This document shows, piece after piece, positions 7,343 to 13,408 of a stretch of 13,408 bases of DNA; positions within the stretch are counted from its first letter, which is position 1; every line of letters begins with the position of its first letter. The stretch spans positions 1 to 13,408 of the forward strand of contig JBFMGU010000286.1 of NCBI GenBank assembly GCA_040752415.1, in the 5' to 3' direction. Position numbers and translations under genes: made by a program. Source of the stretch: Myxococcota bacterium. Its GTDB lineage: Bacteria > Myxococcota > JACRCW01. A model generated the notes under the pieces. That model was not told where the DNA came from. It worked only from the letters and a program-made list of their open reading frames with translations, and did not search any database.

Positions 7343-10312
7343 CTAACGCGCCTCCTCCGCGCCCAGCACCGTCGTGGGCTCCGGCTCGACGTACGGCCGC
7401 AGATACACCCAGCCGCTGGTCATGGTGGCCGAGTAGTAGTCCGTGTAGACCTCGCCGAAATACAGGTAGAGATCGTCGCCACTGGCCGGCGCCTTCACGC
7501 TGCTCCAGGGCACGGGCGTGGTGCGGGTGAGCTCCGCGCCGTTGGCGTCGGTCACCACCACCTGCCAGCTGGTGCCGGTGCTGTAGAGCTCCCAGACGTG
7601 GTCCTGGCCCAGCGGCAGCGTGGCAAACGAGGCGGAAGCACCCCAGGCGGAGCCGCTCCAGTAAATCGCCGCGTTGCTGGTGTTGACATAGAAGATGAAC
7701 GCGCGCCCGTCGTGGCGGTGGTAGGCCACCAGGCGTCGCCGCGGGTTCTCCGTCGACTGATTCGCCGTCTGCGGTGCCTGGTCCTCGCTCACCACGCCCA
7801 TCAGCTTGGCCTCCGGGCTCGCGGCGCCGGAGAGCGTCTGCACCCGCGCCTTGTGGCGGAAGTGGAATCCGCTCGTCGGCAGCGGGTCGGCCAATGCCAC
7901 CGTGAACGCGGCGCTGGTGGAGCCGTCCCCGGTCTGCACCAGCTCACCATTCACCACCTCGACGTTGGCGTTGTTGTCGTCGGTGACCAGGGTGCTGGAG
8001 AGGTTTGTGTCGGAGAAGTGGTCGCCGGCCAGGTAGAGGTTGTCCCAGGCCGCCGGTGGCGAGGTGGCGGTCGGGTTGCCGTAGTACACCCAGTACTCCA
8101 GCGCGGATTCGAACGGGTCGGGGTGGCTGCCCTGCAGGCGGAACTCCAGCCTCACGTCCGCGGTGTTCCACGCTTGCAGGCGCGAGCGGTCGCGGTCCAA
8201 CTCCTGCCAGCTGTTGCCGTCCCAGCGCACCACACGCACGTCGTCGCCGCTGGCCAGCGACTTCCCCGCCGTGACCAGGGCGGCATGGTCGAGGTCCACG
8301 GTGATCACGTACCGGTTGGGCAGGCCCACGGTGCTGGTGATGGTGACCGGCGCGCGGAAGGCGTAGGCCGGGTTCCACCAGTCCATGGCCGCTTCGTTCT
8401 CGGCGAACTCGGAGGTCTGCTCGCCCAGCGTGGCGGTGGCGGTCACCAGCGTGGGGATCTCCTCCTGCAACGCGAAGCTGCGCGTGAAGGTGAACAGCCC
8501 GGTGGTGTGCTGCAGCTGGCCCAGGTACGCGGCCGCTTCGCCGTGGTTGGTGCTGCCGTCGCCGGTGGCGGAGAAGAATTCCAGCAGCGCTCCGTCGGGC
8601 GCGGTGCCGTTCACGGTGATGGTGCGGTCCTCCACGAGGTAGCGCAGCAGCACCGGGTAGTCCGTCCATTCGTCGGTGGGGTTGTTGGGGGTGATGCCGT
8701 TGTTGTCCACGTCAATGCCGCGTGCGTAGTTGCCGGTGATGACGTTGCGACGCAGCATCACCGTGGCGCCGCCCAGCACCGAGACGCCATCCAGCCCATT
8801 GCTCTCCAGCGTGCTCTCCACGGCGGAATGTCCGGTCCCCGCGCCCACCAGCACGCCGTGGTGGCCGTTGAAGACCACCACGCAGTCCTCCAGGCGGTTC
8901 CGGCTCCCGCGCACGTGCACGCCGCTGCCGTTCACCGTCTCCGTCACGCTGACGCCGGAGAGCGTGCCGCGGTCACCCTCCAGCAGCACCGCGCCGTTGC
9001 CCTGCGGGCTCACCTGGCGCAACAGCAGGCTCAGGACGGCCACGCGTGCGCCGGTGACGTGCAGCAGGGGCCCGACGCTGGCGGAGCCACCCTGGATCTG
9101 CACCTCCAGGCCCCCGCTGGTGTCGCCCACGGTGAGCGTCTGGGTCTGACCGTCCAGCGTGGTGTCGTCGTCGCTGAGGGTGGGCAGCGGGCTCAGCGGG
9201 TAGAACGCGGCGTGGTCGCCGTTGAGGAACGCGGGGTCCGGGCTCAGGCCCAGGAAGGCGTTGTTGGGAACCTGGAACAGCGCGGCGTTGGGACCTGGGA
9301 GCGCGTTGGCGTTGAGGATGAACTGGCGCAGCGAGCCCTGGCCGCTGTCGGCGGTGTTCATGATCAGGTTGTAGGAGAACCCGAAGTCCACGCCAGACAC
9401 CGTCCCGCCCCCGACGACAACCTCCACGAACGTGTCTCCCCGGCCCAGCCCCGCCGGCGTGCTGTCGTCGGGATTCTGGGGATCCTCACCACCCAGCGCG
9501 CCGGCGGCGCCATTCCCGGTCACGCCGTCGTGCTCGTAGGTCTGCTCGGGGATGACGCCGGAGAGGCCGCGGTTGGCGGAAGCGGAGACCACACGCACCG
9601 AGTACGTGCCCGCCCCCTCCACCAGCAGCGCGTAACGACCGGCGCTGTCGGTCACGGTGCTGCCCCGGAGCGCGTTGGTGTCGTCGTAGAGCTCCACCGT
9701 GACGTCGGGAATGCCGGGATCCTGCGCGTCCTGCGCCGTGCCCGCGCCGCCCGTGTAGCCCACGTCCTCGAAGACCGTGCCGCTGATGGCGGTGCCGCCC
9801 GCGTCGGGAGGAGCGCCGGCGTCGGGGCGCGTGGCGTCGGGGCGGGCTGCGTCGGGGAGGGTGCCCGCGTCGGGGGACGGGCCCGCGTCCGGGGGAGCGG
9901 TGGCGTCGGGAAGCGCGGCGTCGGGGCGGGGCGGGGTGGCGTCGGGATGGGGGGCCGCGTCGGTGGGGAGGGCCGCGTCGGGGCGGGGAGTCACGCCCGC
10001 GTCCGACGGAACGGCGGCGTCGGGAGCAACGCTGGCGTCGGATCTGACCGTGGCGTCGGGCGGCAGCGCCGCGTCGCGCGGGGAGGCGGCGTCAGGGGGC
10101 CCGTTCTCGTCGATGATGACGGCCGCGTCCGGCGGAACGGTGCCTTCCTCCACGCACGTGCCGAACTGGTCGTCGGGAGAGACGCGGACGCACTGGTAGC
10201 CGCCGGAGCAGTCGTCCGGGGTCTCGCAGCGGTAGGACACGGCGTTGCACGCGGAACAGGCCGCTGCCGTCAGCAGCAACACGGTGGACCACGCTGCGCG
10301 CCGGGGGGCCAT
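7343..10312 (-). CDS. Large multidomain surface lipoprotein (Cys module, PD(A)x linker, SdrD-B-like Ig domain, right-handed beta-helix, DUF2341-like domain)
   Basis: Start reassigned to ATG 10312 (MAPRRAAWSTVLLLTAAAC lipoprotein-type signal). ISGTVFED..GIPDVTVELYD..TDSAGRY is SdrD-B/Cna-B-like. NTADSGQGSLRQFILNAN plus N..HGV/N..DGV repeats suggest a beta-helix. WWNPAYAFRAPVTI..GDDVRVV..YWVYYGNP is DUF2341-like. Confidence 0.8.
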   Translation of the reverse strand: MAPRRAAWSTVLLLTAAACSACNAVSYRCETPDDCSGGYQCVRVSPDDQFGTCVEEGTVPPDAAVIIDENGPPDAASPRDAALPPDATVRSDASVAPDAAVPSDAGVTPRPDAALPTDAAPHPDATPPRPDAALPDATAPPDAGPSPDAGTLPDAARPDATRPDAGAPPDAGGTAISGTVFEDVGYTGGAGTAQDAQDPGIPDVTVELYDDTNALRGSTVTDSAGRYALLVEGAGTYSVRVVSASANRGLSGVIPEQTYEHDGVTGNGAAGALGGEDPQNPDDSTPAGLGRGDTFVEVVVGGGTVSGVDFGFSYNLIMNTADSGQGSLRQFILNANALPGPNAALFQVPNNAFLGLSPDPAFLNGDHAAFYPLSPLPTLSDDDTTLDGQTQTLTVGDTSGGLEVQIQGGSASVGPLLHVTGARVAVLSLLLRQVSPQGNGAVLLEGDRGTLSGVSVTETVNGSGVHVRGSRNRLEDCVVVFNGHHGVLVGAGTGHSAVESTLESNGLDGVSVLGGATVMLRRNVITGNYARGIDVDNNGITPNNPTDEWTDYPVLLRYLVEDRTITVNGTAPDGALLEFFSATGDGSTNHGEAAAYLGQLQHTTGLFTFTRSFALQEEIPTLVTATATLGEQTSEFAENEAAMDWWNPAYAFRAPVTITSTVGLPNRYVITVDLDHAALVTAGKSLASGDDVRVVRWDGNSWQELDRDRSRLQAWNTADVRLEFRLQGSHPDPFESALEYWVYYGNPTATSPPAAWDNLYLAGDHFSDTNLSSTLVTDDNNANVEVVNGELVQTGDGSTSAAFTVALADPLPTSGFHFRHKARVQTLSGAASPEAKLMGVVSEDQAPQTANQSTENPRRRLVAYHRHDGRAFIFYVNTSNAAIYWSGSAWGASASFATLPLGQDHVWELYSTGTSWQVVVTDANGAELTRTTPVPWSSVKAPASGDDLYLYFGEVYTDYYSATMTSGWVYLRPYVEPEPTTVLGAEEAR
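9800..10132 (-). repeat. Coding low-complexity PD(A)x repeat linker
   Basis: Many GCGTC-containing units encoding PDAA/PDAT/PDAG-type repeats between the Cys module and the Ig-like domain. Confidence 0.8.
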
Positions 10313-10319
10313 GCGGCAG

Positions 10320-10348
10320 AGTCTAACACGCGAGCCGCGGGGTGACGA
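10320..10348 (-). promoter_or_regulatory. Putative extended -10 promoter (leaderless) of the large lipoprotein gene
   Basis: Minus strand TCGTCA (10348-10343)-N17-TAGACT (10325-10320), with TG at 10328-10327, then N7-ATG (10312). Confidence 0.55.
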
Positions 10349-10380
10349 CGACGAGGCGGGGCCGGCGCGTGGGGCGCGGC

Positions 10381-10410
10381 CTGACGCTGATAGTATCATG
10401 TGATACTATC
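10381..10410 (+). promoter_or_regulatory. fic promoter overlapped by a perfect palindromic operator
   Basis: CTGACG (10381-10386)-N17-TACTAT (10404-10409) with extended TG, then N7-GTG 10417. Inverted repeat GATAGTATCA-tg-TGATACTATC (10389-10410) is strikingly AT-rich for this window. Confidence 0.7.
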
Positions 10411-10416
10411 GGGATC

Positions 10417-11388
10417 GTGCGTCCCCCCTTCGAGGTCACGGAACGTTCGCGTGGGCTTCTCCTGGTCCTGGAGCGACTCCTCGGGCGGTACGAGGGCATG
10501 CACCAACCGCGCCCCGCGCCCAGGTTGCGGCGCTCGCTCCGGGTGAAGACCGTCCACGGCAGCGTGGCCATCGAGGGCAACACGCTGACCGAAGACCAGG
10601 TGACGGCGGTGCTGGAAGGCAGGCGTGTCGTGGCTCCCCGACGGGACATCGTCGAGGTCCAGAACGCGCTCAAGGCGTACGAGCGACTTCCGGAATGGGC
10701 GCCCACTTCCACCGACCATCTGCTCGCCGCCCATTCAGCACTCATGACGGGATTGCTGGAGAGCGCCGGGCATTGGCGGCGCGGCGGCGTCGGCGTGATG
10801 AAGGGAAAGCAGATTGCTCACATTGCGCCGCCCGCAAAGCGGGTTCCGGGACTGGTGGCGGAGCTCCTGGCATACCTGGAGCGCGACATCGCCAACCATC
10901 CCGCCGTGCTGGCCGCGGTGATTCACCACGAGTTGGAGTTCATCCATCCCTTTGACGACGGCAACGGACGCATCGGCCGCCTGTGGCACACGTTGATCCT
11001 GAGCCGCTACCACCCGCTGTTCGCGTTCGTGCCGGTGGAGTCGGTGATCCGTGAGCGTCAATCCGCGTATTACGACGCCCTCGAGGCGAGTGACCGCGCA
11101 GGAAGCTCCACCGTCTTCATCGAGTTCGCCCTGGAGGCAACGTGCGACGCCGTGGAGAAGACGCTGGGCGCGGTGTCCCGTGGACCGGTGACGCCGGAGC
11201 AGCGCCTCGACGTCGCGGCCGAGCAACTGGGAACCCGACTGTTCTCGCGCAAGGAGTACCAGGCGCTGTTTCCCGGCCTGTCAACCGCCACGGCAAGTCG
11301 CGACCTGCGCCAGGGTGTGGACGCACAGCGCCTGCGGCGGACCGGGGACAAGGCCTTGGCGCGTTATGCCTTCGTGAAACGCCGCTAA
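10417..11388 (+). CDS. Fic family protein (class II) with C-terminal winged HTH
   Basis: Canonical Fic motif HPFDDGNGRIGR and N-terminal inhibitory motif SVAIEGN. C-terminal FSRKEYQALFPGLSTATASRDLRQGV..L.RTGD is wHTH-like. Start reassigned to GTG 10417 (RPPFEVT). Confidence 0.93.
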   Translation: MRPPFEVTERSRGLLLVLERLLGRYEGMHQPRPAPRLRRSLRVKTVHGSVAIEGNTLTEDQVTAVLEGRRVVAPRRDIVEVQNALKAYERLPEWAPTSTDHLLAAHSALMTGLLESAGHWRRGGVGVMKGKQIAHIAPPAKRVPGLVAELLAYLERDIANHPAVLAAVIHHELEFIHPFDDGNGRIGRLWHTLILSRYHPLFAFVPVESVIRERQSAYYDALEASDRAGSSTVFIEFALEATCDAVEKTLGAVSRGPVTPEQRLDVAAEQLGTRLFSRKEYQALFPGLSTATASRDLRQGVDAQRLRRTGDKALARYAFVKRR

Positions 11389-11395
11389 GCTGGTC

Positions 11396-13408
11396 TCACT
11401 CCTCCGGCGGGCGGACGTAGACCTCGCGCGGCTTGTTGGCGCCGGGGTTGGGACCAATCAGGCCGTCCTTCTCCATGCGCTCCACCATCTTGGCGGCGCG
11501 GTTGTAACCCACGCCCAGCTTGCGCTGGATCTCGCTGATGGACACCTTGCGGCTGCGCGCCACGATGTCCACCGCCTGATCGAAGAACTCATCATAGGGC
11601 TCGTCGTCACCACCGCCGCCGCCGCCGCCCTCACCCTCGGCCTCGGGAGCGCGCAGGATGGCCTCGTTGTACTGGGGCTTGCCCTGCGCCTTCCAGAAGT
11701 TCACCACCCGCGCAATCTCCGTCTCCGTCACGAAGCCGCCGTGCAGGCGCATCAGGTCGGAGGTGCCGGGCGGGATCATCAGCATGTCGCCGTTGCCCAG
11801 CAGGCGGTTGGCGCCCACGCTGTTGATGATGGTCTTGCTGTCATGCGCGCTGGCCACCTTGAAGCTGATGCGCGTGGGGAAGTTGGCCTTGATGACGCCG
11901 GTGATGACGTCCACGCTGGGACGCTGCGTGGCCAGCATGACGTGGATGCCGCACGCGCGGGCCTTCTGCGCCAGGCGCGCCACGTAGGTCTCCACGTCCT
12001 TGCCCGCCACCATCATGAGGTCGGCAAACTCATCCACGATCACCACGATGTACGGCAGCTTGTCCGGCACCTGCCCGCCGTTCTTCTCCAGCGCGCGCAT
12101 GTCGGACTCGTGCGTGTCGCTCTCCTCCTCCACGGTGGCGCCGGCCTCCTCCGGGCTCTGCACCGGCGTGGTGGAGGCGTTCTCGCCCTCGGGCGGAGCG
12201 GCCTCCGCGGCGGCCTTCTCCGCGGCGGCGCGTTTCCTCTCCGCGCTCTCCTTGAGGGTGTCCATCTTCTTGTTGAACGTGAGGATGTCGCGCACGGAGA
12301 AGTCGGCCAGCAGCTGGTAGCGACGCTCCATCTCCTCCACCGCCCAGCGCAGCGCCAACGCGGCCTTCTTGGGGTCGGTCACCGGCGGGAGCAGCAGGTG
12401 CGGGATGCCGTCGTACAGCTTCAACTCCAGCATCTTGGGGTCGATCATCAGGAAGCGCACGTCGTCGGGCGTGGCCTTGTAGAGCAGGCTGAGGATCATG
12501 CCGTTGACGCTCACCGACTTGCCGCTGCCGGTGGTGCCGGCAATCAGCACGTGCGGCATCTTGGCCAGGTCCGCGCTGAAGGGCTTGCCCTCGATGTCCT
12601 TGCCCAGCGCCAATGCCAGCTTGCTGCGGGAGCGCTGGAAGTCCGCGTGGGCCACGAGCTCCTTGAGATAGACCGGCTGGCGCTTGACGTTGGGGATCTC
12701 GATGCCCACCGCGCTCTTGCCGGGGATGGGCGCCACAATGCGCACGCTCATGGCCTCCAGAGCCATGGCCAGGTCATCCGCCATGCCGGCGATCTTGCCC
12801 ACGCGCACGCCCGCGGCCGGCGTGAACTCGTAGGTGGTGACCACGGGGCCGGGACGGATCTCCCGCACGTAGCCCTCGATGCCGAAGTCCTTGAAGGTCT
12901 TGGTGAGCACGCGTGCGTTCTCGTTGAGTGCTTCGCGGTCGATCGCCACCTCCTCCCCGGCCTGGTAGTCCAGCAGGTTGAGCGGGGGCAGCTCGAACTT
13001 CTGGCCAAAGGGCTTGGGCCGCTCGTCCTTGTTCTCGTTGATCTTCTGCAGGTCCTTCTTGGCGCGCGGCACGAACTCGACAATGCGCGGCTCGGGCACC
13101 GCCTGCGCGGTGGCGGGGGCCTGCTCCGGCGGGATGACAATGGTGACCGGCGCGGCGTCGGGAGCGGCCGGGGTCTCCACCGGGAGCGCAATGACCGGCG
13201 CGGGCGCCACCACCGCGGGCGTCTCGGCGGTGACGACGGGCGCGGCCACCACCGGTGCCACGGCCGGCCCCTCGATGATGGTGGGACCCGCGCCCAGGAG
13301 CTTCGCCTCCGCTTCGCGGATCTTAGCCTGTGCTTCGGACTCCTGGCGGGCCTGCTCCTCGGCCTCCCGCTGCTCGCGGGCCTTCTGCTCCGCCTCGCGC
13401 TGCTCGCG
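11396..13408 (-). CDS. ftsK: DNA translocase FtsK (5' part lies outside the window)
   Basis: Walker A GTTGSGKS, MIDPKMLEL, Walker B IVVIVDEFADLM, LATQRPSVDVITGVIKANFPTRISF and gamma domain SISEIQRKLGVGYNRAAKMVERME. The frame stays open to the window edge (EQREAE coiled-coil/linker). Confidence 0.97.
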   Translation of the reverse strand, partial: REQREAEQKAREQREAEEQARQESEAQAKIREAEAKLLGAGPTIIEGPAVAPVVAAPVVTAETPAVVAPAPVIALPVETPAAPDAAPVTIVIPPEQAPATAQAVPEPRIVEFVPRAKKDLQKINENKDERPKPFGQKFELPPLNLLDYQAGEEVAIDREALNENARVLTKTFKDFGIEGYVREIRPGPVVTTYEFTPAAGVRVGKIAGMADDLAMALEAMSVRIVAPIPGKSAVGIEIPNVKRQPVYLKELVAHADFQRSRSKLALALGKDIEGKPFSADLAKMPHVLIAGTTGSGKSVSVNGMILSLLYKATPDDVRFLMIDPKMLELKLYDGIPHLLLPPVTDPKKAALALRWAVEEMERRYQLLADFSVRDILTFNKKMDTLKESAERKRAAAEKAAAEAAPPEGENASTTPVQSPEEAGATVEEESDTHESDMRALEKNGGQVPDKLPYIVVIVDEFADLMMVAGKDVETYVARLAQKARACGIHVMLATQRPSVDVITGVIKANFPTRISFKVASAHDSKTIINSVGANRLLGNGDMLMIPPGTSDLMRLHGGFVTETEIARVVNFWKAQGKPQYNEAILRAPEAEGEGGGGGGGDDEPYDEFFDQAVDIVARSRKVSISEIQRKLGVGYNRAAKMVERMEKDGLIGPNPGANKPREVYVRPPEE

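Noticed and set aside
9800..10132. Repeated GCGTCGG units as a CRISPR or non-coding repeat array
   Set aside because: Irregular short units in frame within a CDS encoding a PD(A)x linker; no constant repeat-spacer structure.
7598..10345. 915-aa plus-strand ORF opposite the large lipoprotein
   Set aside because: Antisense shadow in high-GC DNA; the minus strand carries the recognisable domains.
10389..10410. Palindrome as a dif/Xer site, given the neighbouring ftsK
   Set aside because: dif has 11-bp arms around a 6-bp spacer and a TTATGTTAAAT-like XerD arm; this has 10-bp arms, a 2-bp spacer and no such match.
10342..10416. Longer N-termini for Fic (10342) and the large lipoprotein (10399) from the ORF track
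   Set aside because: They would overlap each other and the promoter/palindrome; the downstream starts fit family N-termini and the promoter spacing.
12070..12270. Acidic/Ala-rich insertion within the FtsK motor domain
   Set aside because: Falls in the variable loop before the LPYIVV..DE strand, where length variation is common.

Overview
GC-rich bacterial DNA, probably Myxococcota-like (inferred from Cys-rich lipoproteins, PD(A)x linkers and strongly GC3-biased codons). It holds nine protein genes: a 653-aa pentein-fold enzyme with a protein-arginine-deiminase-like D/H/D/C active site (-), a secreted protein with two TPR modules (+), a double-LysM double-catalytic peptidoglycan hydrolase lacking a signal peptide (+), a Cys-rich lipoprotein (-), recR (-), a TerC-family membrane protein (-), a ~990-aa multidomain surface lipoprotein (-), a class II Fic protein with a C-terminal HTH (+), and the 3' part of ftsK (-). 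Non-coding features are a REP/REPIN-like long hairpin at ~100-253, a perfect AT-rich palindrome over the fic promoter, and sigma70-like promoters whose -10 box sits exactly 7 nt before the start codon in five genes, suggesting leaderless mRNAs. The most novel candidate is the 377-5752 cluster (PAD-like enzyme, TPR protein, dual cell-wall hydrolase, Cys-rich lipoprotein), possibly a predation or antagonism effector locus. All domain calls come from motif recognition by eye; no searches were run.
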